Counted from the whole stretch's first letter, positions 37,265 to 50,676 are shown. The stretch is 63,913 nucleotides of DNA, filler included, from Folioceros fuciformis (GCA_049999805.1; 5 parts of 5 records of this genome joined end to end with filler, not necessarily neighbours in it), one strand, 5' to 3'. Notes: generated by a model not told the origin, from the letters alone. A program made the numbers and translations.

Positions 37265-39871
37265 ATGGAGTGTGACTTCTGCGGGGAAGGCCGCTCGACG
37301 GTTTACTGCAGGGCCGATTCTGCGCGTCTGTGCCTTTCTTGCGACAGGCACGTTCACTCAGCGAACGCCTTGTCCAAAAGGCATCAGCGGACGCTTCTGT
37401 GCGATTGCTGCAATGTGAGACCGGCAGCAGTGCGCTGTACCGTTGAGAATATCTCACTTTGCCAGAGTTGCGACTGGGATACGCACGGCAGCAATCCAGC
37501 CACGTCCCAACATAAGCGGCATCCGTTCGAGTGCTTCACGGGATGCCCATCGGCGGCTGAGCTCGCACGTCTGTGGGGTTGTGATCTCGCTGATTCTCCC
37601 TCTCCCACAGTTGCCAACTCCGGTTCTCAGACCAGGCTGTCGTCTCCTGTAGTTGGGGCCAGCAGTTCCAGCCACCAGCTCCGGGATGGCTGGGCCTCTA
37701 GCCCCACTGCCTCTTTGGATGGCTCAGGTGCAGGGCGCAGGACTCAAGCAGGTGATTGGACGAGTCCTTCTACTCCTGTGCAGCAGTCGAGCAGGGACAT
37801 GAGGGTCTCTGGAGGGAGCATGCCCATGTACCCCGGGATGCCTGCAGTTACAGGGCCGCCGCTTATAGCCAAGGTATGCAATGACCCACAATAAGTTTTC
37901 AAGCTTGGCAAGCGGTGTGGAAAGGAGTTCAGAGTTAGCGTCAATTGCATTGCTGGTATTATTGTGCTCGTTGTAGTCACACTCGTCATGGTTCACTTGC
38001 AGGGTCACTTACCCTCCTCTGGCGGAGCTCAGGCCAAGTCTAGACAATCCATCCTCCAGCAACTTCATGTACTTCAGAGGTTGCAACTTTCAGACTCTGC
38101 TCCTGCTAGTCAACAGCCAAAGCAGCATACGTCGCAGTCTCGGTCTATGCCCCCTCCGTCCTCCAAGCAGATGCAACTCCAACAAAGTCAATCACAGCAG
38201 CAACATCAGCAGCCAGCGTATCAAGCACACGAGCAGCAGCAGCAGCAGTTGCACCTTCAGCAGCAACGGCAACCGCACCAGCAACAGAAGGAGCAACAGC
38301 AACAACAGCTGGGGCAACAGCAACCACAGCTGGGGCAACAGCAACCGCAAATGGGNNNNNNNNNNCCGCAAATGGGGCAACAGCAACCACAACTGGGGCA
38401 ACAGCAACCACAACTGGGGCAACAGCAACCACAGCTGGGGCAACAGCAGCAACAGCTGGGACAGCAGCAACAACAGCTGGGACAACAGCAACAACAGCTG
38501 GGGCAACAGCAACAGCACCAAAGGATTATGTTTGAAACACAACTTGAGGTCGAGCCTCGTATTCAACAGACAGAATCAGATAGCCACCTTCAGCAGTCTC
38601 TGGAACAACCAGCTCAATTGATGTGCAGTCCTTTGAGGGAGCAAGAGTCTCATCTTAAGTCAGATGCCCACGTCGAGGGTCTTGCACAAGGGGATTCTTT
38701 CTGGAGGTGTAACAACGGTAGTCCACCAAATCAGGTACGAAGTCGGTCCAAGGATTCTGCTCTCTGTTCTTGCTGTGGTGAGTAGTGAAGGAAGAAGAAT
38801 GAACTGTGGAATGAATGATAGTGATATGGAGTTTAGGCGACTCCCACCTGGCTTGTTTCTGTTCACAGCTGGTTGATGTTCGAAAGCTGCTGTGGTTCTG
38901 CAGTTGTGGAATCCAAACATGCAAGATTTAGGCATATGTGCAGGTGAAGAAGGAGATCCGTGTGAAGCGTTCACAATGGCAGATGTAGATTTGACTTTTG
39001 AGAGCTATGAGGATATCTTTGCCGGCAGCCAGCTGCAGTCGACGACGGCTTTCGACGAGCTGCATGCTGCATGTTCATCGATGGGGAATACCGCTGCTGA
39101 GCCCACTGGACATATGGATAGCATACCTGAGTCAGAGCTTTACAAGCCGCTTGATGTAAGTATCGCTTCTTGTACTTATGGCAGTGCTCCGAAATGACAT
39201 AGTCTTAACCGTGTCCGGTGACATGCAGATGGGTGCAGCGTCTTCCATGAACAGCGGTGGTGTTCCTCCAAGGCCTCGGTCTGATGCCGCAGGACCTGCC
39301 GGTCCTGGACCAGGTCCAGGCCCACCTGAAAATTCAAATCTGAGCAGCTCTGGTGCACTGTCTGGGTCGGGCACATGTTCGACAGGTGGCAAAGTGACTC
39401 TTTCGTATCCTGCAAGACCAACCGGCTCCAGCTTGTCGTTGTCCTTATCAGGACGCAGTGCGGAAAGCAGCGGTCCTGAGTATCACGATTGTGGAGTATC
39501 ACCTGTTTTCCTTGGCAATGGGGACCCTTCATGGGGAGGGGCAAGTGCGGATAGTGGCGCCATGGCCCAGGCCAGGGATTCTGCGATGCTACGCTACAAA
39601 GAGAAGAAAAAGACACGGAAGTAAGTGTTGAGCACGGGATGTGCGTGCAATTGGTCCAGTGATCTCCTGTCACGCGTGCTGTTACTCCATCTCCTCATTT
39701 CCCTCCGTCCTTCTGGGCTTGTTTGTGTTGGGTGATGACAGGTTTGAGAAACGTATTCGATATGCTTCCCGGAAGGCCCGTGCAGACATACGCAAGAGAG
39801 TGAAGGGCAGGTTTGTGAAAGCAGGACAAGCCTACGACTACGACCCACTTTCTGCAACAAGGAGCTTCTGA
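37265..39871 (+). CDS. COL: CONSTANS-like B-box zinc finger / CCT protein (COL9/COL10-like) with a Gln-rich repeat
   Basis: B-box 1 [38 protein letters not shown]; diverged B-box 2; [14 protein letters not shown] domain [52 protein letters not shown]. Confidence 0.95.
38290..38520 (+). repeat. Coding 21-bp minisatellite (LGQQQPQ / LGQQQQQ)n
   Basis: ctggggcaacagcaaccacag-type units, at least 9 copies, with a 10-N gap inside. Confidence 0.9.
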
Positions 39872-40788
39872 GAATGAGCATACTCGGAAGGGGGTGTGTA
39901 TAGATTGCAACCAGGTATCCCTCTCTCCTCGCACCTTCTGCCCCACACCACACTATGTGGGCAAGGAAGGATCCAACAAGGTCTCCACTGAGGGCGGTTG
40001 GATGCCTGGACAGGGCAGAACTAGGCTTTCTGTGTTGTAGTGCACTATTTTTGATGTACATAGCTATTGCAGACAATCCGAGCAGCAGCCTGCTCCACGG
40101 TAGCTTTTGTAACGGTCTTGACTCCTCCCCTGTGAGTGAAATATGCTCATGAGATTAGGCATGCAGAGGGAATTAGTGTGGTATACCCAGAGAGTTCTGC
40201 CCAAGCAAATCCATTCTTGTCACCATGTCCACTGGTTGACAAACAGGAGTTTCACCCAATCCAAGAAAGCAGCTCACGGCCCATTGGCCCTCCTCTGCTT
40301 TTGTGCCTGCCTGTCACGTTGTGCATTCTTGTAGATGCTTGGTGCCGTGCGAGGATTGGCCTCGGGTTCATGTCAGGACAGGCCAGCTCGTGGGACCTCG
40401 TAGAGACGCAACCGAAGCTTCCTCCTGGCCTGCAGCCTGCTCCCATGGACCAATCAAGATCGCAGAACGATTGCGCATCTAACAGCCGCCTGGGGCTAGT
40501 CGTGACCCTCCCGCCCTGCAGCTAAGCTCCCCAGCCGCCTCCCATATTATGGACACAGCGCAGATCGTTCCGACGAACACATTTGCGCACGCCACAACAA
40601 TAAACAAGTGACGGAACGAATTAGGTCGTCTGAAAGTTCTCTTTTCAATGTGCAGAGGCGCGCGGGGCAGGCGGAAGGTTGACCATGACAGCGATCACGA
40701 AAGAGACGAGATGGTCGATCCCTTCCACTGTTCTACATTAACTCCATGCCGGGCTCACGACTGTCACCGGAGTTCGCATTCCGCAACC

Positions 40789-41121
40789 ATGGCTCCATCT
40801 TGCACCTCGAGTCTCACAAACCCTACGCGCTCGCTCTCGCTTGCAGCTCTGGTCCTGTGTGCCTGCCTCTCGTCTGTCCTCCCGCTGGCAGAAGGCAAGC
40901 GCAAAGGCCCAGACCTTAACTTCTTCATCGGCCAGGAGAACGTGATCGCCACCTCGATCATCGTGCCGCCTTTGTCTGGATTCGCCAACAGCAGCCTGTT
41001 CGGAGCAGTCGGCGTGATCGATGAGGCCATTACTGCCGTTCCCAACGACAATTCCACCGAAATCGGGCGAGCCAAAGGGATGCTAGTGTGGGTGGACCCG
41101 GACGCCAGCTCTGGCCAAGGG
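40789..41121 (+). CDS. Dirigent-like secreted protein, 3'-truncated by the contig end
   Basis: Signal peptide (LSLAALVLCACLSSVLPLAEG) and dirigent motifs FGAVGVIDEAIT...STEIGRAKG. Confidence 0.75.
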
Positions 41122-41221
41122 NNNNNNNNNNNNNNNNNNNNNNNNNNNNNNNNNNNNNNNNNNNNTTAATTAATTAANNNNNNNNNNNNNNNNNNNNNNN
41201 NNNNNNNNNNNNNNNNNNNNN
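41122..41221. other. Artificial contig linker
   Basis: N44-TTAATTAATTAA-N44. Confidence 0.97.
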
Positions 41222-44200
41222 GTCGTCCACGTACAAGGTAATGACGACTAACCTACCAGTTTCCTTGAGCACATACACGCTGGGATCGGAAGTGAGTGGC
41301 GAGAAACCACACTTCTTCAGGTACAGGTCGACAGTCTCATTCCATACCTGAGCGGATTGCTTGAGTCCGTAGATTGACTTGAGCAGTTTGCATACCTTGA
41401 GTGGGTCCTTCACGAACCCAGGTGGTTGCATCACATATATGTCTTCGCTCAGAGTACCATATAAAAAGGCGGTTTTGACGTCGACTTGNNNNNNNNNNTC
41501 TTCGCTCAGAGTACCATATAAAAAGGCGGTTTTGACGTCGACTTGGTGTATTTGCAGATGATGATGTGCAGCGAAAGCCAGAAGGATTCTGATTGAGGTT
41601 GACTTCACCACTGGACTGAAAAGCCTGTTTTCTTCGTAGTCGAATCCGAGGACTTGAGTGAAACCACGTGCCACCAATCTTGCCTTATGCCTTGCTATTG
41701 TTCCATCTGGGTTCAGCTTCCTTCTGAAAGTCCATTTGCATGAAATCGGTTTTCTTCCCTCTGGTAAACTCACCAATTTCCAGGTCTTATTGCTTATGAG
41801 GGAGTCGTACTCCGACTAGACGGCAACTGTCCATTCAGGGGAAGTGAGGGCTTCCTCGATGGAAAGAGGTACCCCCTGCATCTCAATGGCTGATAGGGCC
41901 TGATGGGCGGCTTCGTCCAGAGAATCTGAAAGAGGCTGGGGTGTTAACTTTTCCTCTGGTAATGTACGACTGACAAGTGTGTCTCCAGGAACGTAAGGCG
42001 GTTCATTCCACTCGGCTCTCGGAGGTCTGTGTCTGGAAGATCTTCTTAAGGCTTCTGGGGAATCAGGTGAGGCTGGTTGGTCAGGTTGTGCTATCTGAGT
42101 TATTGGTGTTGGTTGTGGCACAGCCTGTGGAAGTTGGGGTGTAGGCTGCGTGAGTTGGGATGTGACCTGCGGCTGGAGGATCTCTTGAGGTTGATTAAGG
42201 TAGCTCTCGCTATCATAGGTGGTGGCCCCCTCAAGCTCAAGAGGGGGAACAGTGGCAGAGTGACCGAAAATGCGAGGTGCCGGAAGAGGAGTAGAAGTGA
42301 CAGAAGAATGAAGGAGGACAGTAAGCAAATGGGATTCATTGAAGTGAACGCTGCGGGAGTGGATTACCTCACGGGAATGAGGATCAAAAAGGCGGTAGGC
42401 CTTGATCTGGTCAGAGTAGCCTATGAAAAGCAACTTGCGGCCCTTGTCGTCCCATTTGCGCCTAGATTCGGCGGCAACATGAGCGAAGGCGGGGCTGCCG
42501 AAGATGCGTAGATGGGAAACCCTGGGTTTGTTGCCGCTCCAGCGCTCAAAGGGTGTGACGTTGGGTAGCTTCTTTGTGGGAAGTCTGTTCTTGAGATAGT
42601 TGGAAGTAGATATGGCTTCGGCCCAGTAGCCTTTAGTAAGTCCAGCAAGCTTAAGCAGAGAGCGTGATATCTCTAGAAGGGAGCGATTCAAGCGCTCGGC
42701 AAAGGAGTTCTGGGCTGGAGTATAAGGTACCGTATACTGTCGTTGAATGCCCTTGGATTTGCAGAAGTCCTGGAAGGCATGACTAATGTACTCGCCTCCG
42801 TTGTCTGTGCGTAGGGTTGCCACCTGAAAACCGGTTTGGCGCTCAGCAGAGAGGAGGAAGTCTTGGAAGCTGGGGAGAGCTTCATCCTTGTGCTTGAGGA
42901 AGTAGACGTGACAGTATCGGCTCCATTCGTCCAGAAAGGTAATAAAGTAGCTGTGGCCGCCGAAAGATTCAGTACTCATGGGCCCGCAGATATCCGAGTG
43001 GATTGTCTCGAGTAAGCGTCTGGCTCGAGTAGGAGAAGGATCATTAAAAGGGAGCTGGTTCAGTTTGGTATACTGACAGACTTCGCAAAAGAAATCCTTG
43101 TGGACTTTGAGCTTAATGGGGTCCTTGTACATTGCAGGATTAGCAAGCATGTTTAGATATCTGGGGTTCATATGACCTGCTCGGCAGTGCCAGAGGAGGG
43201 ACTGATCTGGAGTAGTGGTTGAGTTACTATCGACTAGCAGTGAGGTGGATTGGATATTGAGAAGGTACAGGTCATTGAACAAAAGGCCGTGAGCAAGGGT
43301 GACTTGATGGGGGTCCTTACTATGGTGGACGGTGCAATGATTTCCTGAAAAGGTGATGATGAGATCATGTTCTGTGGCTAGCTTACGGACTGACAAAAGG
43401 TTCTTGGTCATGGCGGGAACGTGGAGGACGCCATTAATTACCAAGAGTTCGCCGGTAGACGGACGGAGTTGAACCTCTCCTGAACCGTGGACGGGAAGAG
43501 AGCTGTCGTCCCCGAGGAGGACATGCTGATCTGAGAGGACTGTGTGATAAGAGGTAAACATATCTCGGCAGCTATATATGTGGGTTGTGGCTCCGGAATC
43601 TAAGAACCAGCGACTTGTATCGGTTCTGGTGAGTGTCAGACACACTGCTAGTATTGAATTTGGTGATGAAGGTTTGACTGTGGTGGTGAGGTAAGACTCA
43701 TTACGTGGTGTGTCCCTTCAAGGCTCTCCTGCGAGTTTCTTGCGGCATTCATGCTCATGGTGCCCAAGAATCTTGCACCAGTTGCATGCTCCCTTACTGA
43801 TGCGTCTGTCGGGTTGTTTGCTCTGCTGAAAATGTCTGTTCGAAGGAGCTGAGGAATTCATGGGAGGCTGGCCTCTTCTGTTGGAGAAACCTCCTCGTCC
43901 GCCACCGCGCCTGTTGCCTCGTCCTCGAGATACGAAGAGGGCATGGCTGATTCCAGAGTTGCTACGAGTGATGCCAACTCTGCTGGATTCTTCCTCGAGT
44001 AGTGCTGCTACTACGTCGGAGAAAGTGTAAGCTGGTGGTGCGTTCGCCCCTGCCACTTGGATGGCTTGTCTCAGTGCAGCGTTTTGTGAGCTAACGAAAT
44101 TCCTGTATGATGCAGGCAGAGAGGTTAGAAGTGCGACTGCTGCCTGAAGCTCGGTGATGACGGTGCCGCTATTGGAGAGCTTCGCTCTTAGGGACCGAAA

Positions 44201-45212
44201 AGCGTTTACGTGTTGTTCAACGCTATCACTGTCCTTCATCTTGAGTGAGTAAAACTGTCTTGTGGCGTTGATAAGGGACATCGAACTCTGTGCCCGGAAC
44301 ATATCGTTGAATGCTTTCCAAACATCATGTGAGGTCGCCTGACCTTGGGTGCGTTGCAGCATTGTCTTGTCAATCGCAGATATTAGAATATTGCGGGCCC
44401 TCTTGTCTTTCTTGTCCCATGCGGCTATCTGGTCAAGGGTAGCTGGCGTGGAAGAAGTGAGGGAAGGCCGTGGCAAAGTCCCGTCTGTGACTGACATCAA
44501 ATCGTGTTCCTCTAGTAGGGCAGTAATTCGAATGTGCCATATGTCGTAATCGCTTCCTGTGAAGCGATCACGGTCCCTGAATTCTACCTCGGTAGTGTTA
44601 ATTACCGTGGAGATGGGATTAGGGGCAGGATTTGCCATGGGTGCACTGACAAGTTTCTTAGGAGGGAGTTTGAAGGTGTGTGAAGAAAGTGGGTCAAATT
44701 TGGGCATAGAATGTTGAGGATCAAGAAAGGGCTTGCCTGACTCACGATTGCCTGTGGGCAGGCATGCGGCTAATCGCGATGTGTAAGGCCTCGAGCTACG
44801 ACTCGATGCAGTTCAACTGAATTCTGAGATAGTCGAGTGTAGTTGGTACCATGGCAGGAATAGGAGCAATGTACGCACATCCGTGTAGATGTGAGAGAAG
44901 CTCCGTGGGCGCACTGGTTGCGCAAGCATCGACGTGACGGATCGGCGGCGGAATGGTGGCCCTTGTGCGTTGATTGTGAAGGCGGTGGTGATGAATAGGC
45001 TGCTTTGCACAATCTGCACAAGGTCTTCTGGCTGGCATAGATGTTTTATCTGCGAAGGGAAGTGACGAGGGAGCGCGCCTCCTCGGCATACTTGCTTCGT
45101 CAAAAATCGCGACTCTCAGCGCCATTGGGTCGACGCCGATTTGTGGCGTCCGATGCTGCAGCGTCGATTTCTCGGTGCAGCTGCAGCGCCATGGCGTCGA
45201 GAAAAACCTGCT

Positions 45213-45224
45213 GCTCTGATACCA
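45213..45224 (-). promoter_or_regulatory. Primer-binding site (tRNA-iMet) of copia A
   Basis: TGGTATCAGAGC on the minus strand, upstream of gag. Confidence 0.92.
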
Positions 45225-45414
45225 TAAAGACGAGCGAGATCATGAAAAGAAAAGTATATATTTGTATGGGTTGAGTGTGAGTTTATACTACTGCGGTTCG
45301 GTTATAACCGCAGCGAAAACAGTTAAACTTCTGCGTAACTTGCCTAACCACTAGTTCTGTAAATAAACTGACTACTTAACGAAACGTGCCCTAAAGTGCT
45401 CCGGACTCGAATCA
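45225..45414 (-). repeat. Putative ~190-bp 5' LTR of copia A (TG...TA)
   Basis: AT-rich block abutting the PBS. The outer boundary is inferred from a TG dinucleotide and a composition change; the second LTR is not in the window. Confidence 0.55.
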
Positions 45415-48400
45415 GCGCTAAGGTTCATTTAGTCTCCAACAAAAGTTGGGGATATTGCTCCAACAAGATTGATCCCCCCAAGATCAGCTGGTTGCTTGCC
45501 CCTCTCTTCCTCCTGGCTGATGTGTGCCCTGATTGTGCCCTCCTCAACTCCCTCTCTATTGCTCTTAGCCCATGCTCCAAGGCTTGTTGTTGCCTCCTTG
45601 CTTGAGCTTGAGCTCCCTCTTCACAGCTGGAGTTGAAATCTTCAGCTCCTATGCAGGGCATCCACCAGCCCCTCCAGCATCCCCTTATCCAACTCCCTAT
45701 CCAAGTTAGTCCCCTCTAAACCCTGACAGCAATGTCACTCCCCAACAACGGCGCCAAAATGTGGAGTGATTCTTACACCCAAGAACCACTAAAAGGCCCA
45801 CATTCCCCCTTATTATCATTGCAGTCCTATGATTCACTCCCAAGGGAGTGAACTAGTGCCAAGGTTACCTACAATTTCCCCACAACGCCCTAATGTGATC
45901 ATATCTATCTACTGGTTCCTAGCCCTGACCATGCTACAACAAAAAATCAGAATCCTTAGCCCTATATTCAACGCCAACCACAGCATTAGCCGGAGGAGAA
46001 CTCCAGCATCATCTTTAGCCCCCACTTCCAGCTCCAAGTATCAGCCACCTCAACAGCTGAGAGGAGGCCCCCGCCCTAGCCTCGGCCTCCACTCTCAACC
46101 CTAAGTGCCAGCCACCTCAGCAGCTGAATGGGAACTTTAGCACCTAAGCTCCTCACCTCAGCACACCAACTCCACACTCCAGCACTTCCACTCTCCGCTC
46201 CAGCACTTCAGTTCTTCAACCCTTCATTCCTTGACTCTCACACTTCACTCCTGGATTTTGGAACACAACAGCCCCTCACTTGCAATCCTTGAGGCAGAGG
46301 TGTGTAGACCCAGGCTGGATAGCCTTCTCGGCTCACGGCCCAGCTGTCCGTCGCCTTGGAAACCCCTTAGGGACATCAAGGTACCCCAACCACCCAACCG
46401 GCATGCAAGAAAGATCAGCTCTTGCGGATCTTGCCACCCAGATCTCAGCAATTTTGGGAGCCGCCACGTTCCCCTAGTGGCATAGGGAATCAAGGTCGAG
46501 GTGCATCTGCACACTCGATCAACCCTCTAACCCAGCAGCCTGCACACAAGGTCAAGGGAGCTTGCACCGAAAAAACCCTCCCCCCTCAATGACAAACCTA
46601 GCCTCTTATACTCCCTTGGCCAGAAATCCCCTGTCATTGCCTAACCAGGTCAGCACACCTCAGACAGAACTCTCCACTTGTCAAAACCCTAAACCTAACT
46701 CTGACCTCATCCTAACTCTAAGCGAACCTTACTTTGACCTAACCTTAATCCACCCTAATCCTAACCCCGACCTCTTAGGAGGGATTGTGCCCCTGGTTAC
46801 TCCTATAAAAAATAATCAACCTCTCAAAACTACCAAAAATCGTCAGTGCCTCTCGACACTCTCTTCCCCTCTTTGATCCTCTCCTTTCCCTCAAATCATC
46901 TGCAATCCTTAAGAGACCCCACCGTCTTCAGATCCTTCCCTCCATTCTGCTGGCCAAGGCCCATGACCCGGCAGAGCTACCCATCTAGTGCCCTTGAGTG
47001 GGCACCTTGTAAGCTTGGCACTGGAAGTGACAACCCACCATCTCTGCCAACTTAACCATCACTTGGCTTCCCACCTGCTACCAGCACGCATGTACTAGGC
47101 TTTCCACCTACAAGCAGCCAGGCATGTTGCTCGTGGATGGAAAGCCAAATGCCACTTATGTCATCTGGCTGACCAAAGGATAGGAGAGATGCATTACTCC
47201 TGACTTCGATACCTGGATGGGGCAGTTTGCAGGTCTCTCAGTTTGCGGGATGCGCCCCCGACCTTTGTCCAGGCCACCGTAGCTTCCCTACCCGAAGCTA
47301 GACTCCAGCTGGAGCCAGACTCAAGTTGCTTTCCCTCCACCTTGTTCTTGAATCCCCAACTTCCAGCCCCGCCCCCTTGATCCAATCTTGGTACCCGGCA
47401 GCTGAGATTGGCCTTTTTTTTCACCTCTGTCAGCTGCCGTCTGCTTGGATCCAACCTGGACCCGGCCTCTACAGCTTGGCTGCTTCTGCCATGATTCAAC
47501 CAGCTCGTCGACCGGCCACAATCCAACCACCCGCCTGGCTGCCTGAGCCCCTCGTTTCTGCTTGGATTCCACTGGCACCCTGCTTGTGACCCTGCCACCG
47601 ACTACCCATCGGCCAGGATACTGATCCAGCTCGCTCGGTGCCGACCCTCATCCTAGTTAGTCATCCATCCTGCTAAACACAACCTAGGCCAGCCTGCAAC
47701 ACGATCCAGGCCAGTCTGCCATTGGCTGGCGATCCGGTTCCGCCTACCTGGTCTCCAGCAGCCAAGCTTGGCCTGGATTCTGCTAGCCTTTGGCTACCTG
47801 CCTGGCCGTCTCCAGTTGTAGGCTGGCTGGCCTCCTGGCTCGCCAAGTCCAATCCGCTAGGTCTGCCTAGACCTAGCTACCTCACCCAGTTGCCTGCTTG
47901 TCCAGGCCCGACTGGGCAAGCCGCCAGTCCGCCAGTCTTTAGCCCCCCGCCAGTCTACCCAGCCTATATCCGATGCCGCCTTGGCCCTGCCTGGGCTGCT
48001 GGCCCACTTACCGTCTGCTTGGCTACAAGGCCACCTCCGGCCGGCCTGCCATCCCGGTTGGATTCGCCCCCTGCAACCTGGCTGCTTCGGCCCGATTCAC
48101 CCAGCCCGCCGATTGGCCATGGCCCAGCCAGTCGGCCTAGCTGCCTAGATCTGCAAGCTTGCCTACCTGCTTTAGCCCCTGCCACCGACTAGCCTGGATC
48201 CGATGCCGCCTCGGGCCTGCTTGCGCTGCTGGCCCACTTGCCGGTTGCTTGGCAGGCAGGATCCGCCTGCAAGGCCACCTCCGGCCGGCCTGCCATCCCG
48301 GACGGATTCGCCCCCTACAGCTTGGCTGCTTCAGCCCGATTCAGCCAGCCCGCCGTCTGGACATGGTCCAGCTAGTCGGCCTGGTTGCCTGGATCCGCAG

Positions 48401-50576
48401 GCCCGCCTCCCTGCTTCAACTCGTGCCGCCGACCAGTGGTCCGCCAAGATCCACCCCAGCCCCACCTAACTAGCTCTGGCTAGCCGACCAGCAAGCCGTT
48501 ACATGCCTAGACTCCACCGCCGTCTGCTATAGCCTCGAGTGCCCTATCTTTGACCTTGGCAGCCACCCGCCTAGCCTACCCGGCTACCTGCCTGCAGCCC
48601 GAGCTGCGCTGCTTGCCTACAGTCGGATGGCGCGATCCACCTTGTCCTCCTTTGCCCTGCGGCCAGTCTGCTTGCTAGGTCCAGACGCCAGTCCTATCCA
48701 CACCCTCCAGGATTCAGCGCCACCCTGGCTTGCTTGCGCTGCTGGTCCGAATCCGGCCAGCCAGCCAGCTGCCAGCCTTCTTGGCCTACTCCTAGCTCCG
48801 CCAACCTCCTACTGCCCAGCCCAGCTGGATCTGCTAGCCCATCTTCCCTTCGCCTGCAGCTAGCCTGCCCACCGACAAGCCAGGCCACCTGCCAGGCTTG
48901 CCACCCAGACGGGCCACCTGCCTTCGCATGGCTGGCCTGCTGCTGCAGCCCAATTTGCTGGGCAGGCTGCTGCTAGCCGATCCACATACTGACGGCCAGG
49001 CTGCCTGCAGCTAGCCAGCCTATCGGATCCGGCCGGGACCCCAGCTCCGATTTGGTGCTAGCCTGCTATTCTTGCAGATCCAGAGCCGCCACCTCCAACT
49101 CGACCAGCCGCAGCTAGCCCTGCTAGCCGATCAGCCAGAGCCTGAATCACCCCGAAGCCCGCAGCCGCCTGGCTTGGATCCGACTACCGCTGGCCTCCTG
49201 CTGACTTCCATATCCAACAATTGCCGAGCTGCTTGTCCGCCACCTAATCTGGCCCCGGCTGCAGCTAGCCTAATGCAGCGCCCCCTGCAGCTCCTCCACC
49301 TCCGACCGGCCTGTCCCCCCCTGGCCTAGCCGTTCGGGCCGCTGGGCCGTCACCTGCTTGCTCAGGCCGATTAGCCAAAGGCCGCTAGCCGACCTCCGGC
49401 CTCCAGATCCAGCCAGGCAGCTAGCCTTCCTAGCCTGGTTGCCTGCTGGAGTCACTCGCCTAGAGGCCAGGCTAGCCTGCCTGGCCACTTGGGCTCCTAC
49501 AGCCAAGCCGGTGCCTGGCTTCTAGATCCACCCTCGGCCGCCTTGGATCCGGCACCGCTTCCAAGCTTGGATGCAGCGCCACCAATGGGCTGCCGTGAAC
49601 CCGCCGCCGACCGCTCCTTAATGCTACCTTGCTGCCTGGTCGGGTCTGCCACTTGCAGCGGCTGCTTACCTGCAGCTAGACAGAACTGCCGGTCACCGAC
49701 CCGCCTGGCTGCTACCTGCCCGGCCAGCCCTGTCTGGCCCATCCTCGACCAACCGGCCGGTCTGCTGGCTGGCTGGATCAGGCCGCAAGGCAGCCGGACC
49801 CGACGACCAGGCCCCTGCCATCCTGCCGCCAATGCAACTAGCTGGTCAGCCCAGGTGGTCGCACTGCCGGGCCAGTGCTGGCCCGGCCACCCTCTAAGCC
49901 ACTTGCCATGCCGACCTGCCCTTCTGGATCCGGCCAGGCAGCCGGTCTAGATAGCCGCCTGCTACCTGCCTGCTACTGGCGAGACCCCTCAGCCAGCCGT
50001 CACCTGCCATCCGCCGACACACAAGCTGCCTGCCTGCATCCTGGCCAGTTCCCATGATGCGAGAGGCTGCCGACTGGCCACAGTCCAGCCAGCCGGCCAG
50101 ACTACTGAGGCCCTCTTAGCCCGCCTCCGCCTCCAGCCTTGACTAGCCGGCCACTGCTGGCTCCAAGCTTCGGCCAGGCAGCCAGCCTGCTCATGAGACC
50201 CAGTCGGCCCCAGCCTGCTATTTGCCTCCAACCGCAACCCGGCCTGCCTGGTCTGGCCATGCTCCAAGCCGCTTGTCGGGCTGCTACTCGCCCGCGATCC
50301 GACCAAATCCAAGCCACCGCCCCGGATGCTGTCAGTCTATTAATCCGACCAGCCTCCCTACCGCGACCCGGCCCGACAGCCTGCCTAGCTACCTGCCGCA
50401 GGCCTCCCTCCTACTACCTCGCCTGGAGCCATCTTGTGCTCACCCTGGCTTGTTGGATCCAGCCGAGGCTTGCAGCCGCCGATCAGCCATCCTGTCGGGA
50501 GCCACCACTGCAACAGGCAAGCCCGTCTGCCGACCAAGATCCGGCCAAGCCTGGCCTTGATCTTGGCCTGTCTAGC
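45415..50576 (-). mobile_element. Ty3/gypsy (Athila/Tat-like) remnant: PBS plus probable long LTR with GC-rich degenerate repeats
   Basis: The minus strand reads CA-TTT-TGGCGCCGTTGTTGGGGA at ~45738-45761, close to the Athila-type PBS TGGCGCCGTTGCCGGGGA. The sequence beyond is non-coding and internally repetitive. Confidence 0.55.
47600..50576. repeat. C-rich degenerate repeat region, including a 230-bp tandem duplication
   Basis: atccgatgccgcc...gctgctggcccactt at 47968 and 48198; dense ggatcc, ccagcc and gctagc motifs. Confidence 0.75.
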
Positions 50577-50676
50577 NNNNNNNNNNNNNNNNNNNNNNNN
50601 NNNNNNNNNNNNNNNNNNNNTTAATTAATTAANNNNNNNNNNNNNNNNNNNNNNNNNNNNNNNNNNNNNNNNNNNN
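50577..50676. other. Artificial contig linker
   Basis: N44-TTAATTAATTAA-N44. Confidence 0.97.

Larger units (their letters stand above)
41222..45414 (-). mobile_element. Ty1/copia LTR retrotransposon A (5' LTR, PBS, gag, protease, integrase, partial RT)
   Basis: gag with CNWC...H...C knuckle (43718-44707); protease WFLDSGAT; WHCRAGH; integrase HSDICGP...LRTDNGGEY; RT KARLVARGF...YGLKQS...YVDD. Integrase precedes RT. Two in-frame stops. Confidence 0.96.

Noticed and set aside
41441-41546. Duplicated RT segment (QVDVKTAFLYGTLSE twice)
   Set aside because: Identical copies flank a 10-N gap, typical of an unmerged contig overlap.
43718-43720. Programmed stop-codon readthrough between gag and pol in copia A
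   Set aside because: The context TGA-AGG lacks the CARYYA readthrough signal, related elements B and D have no stop here, and A has a second nonsense codon.
47194-50628. Numerous Pro/Ala/Leu-rich ORFs
   Set aside because: Expected from GC-rich repetitive DNA; no domains and no consistent frame.
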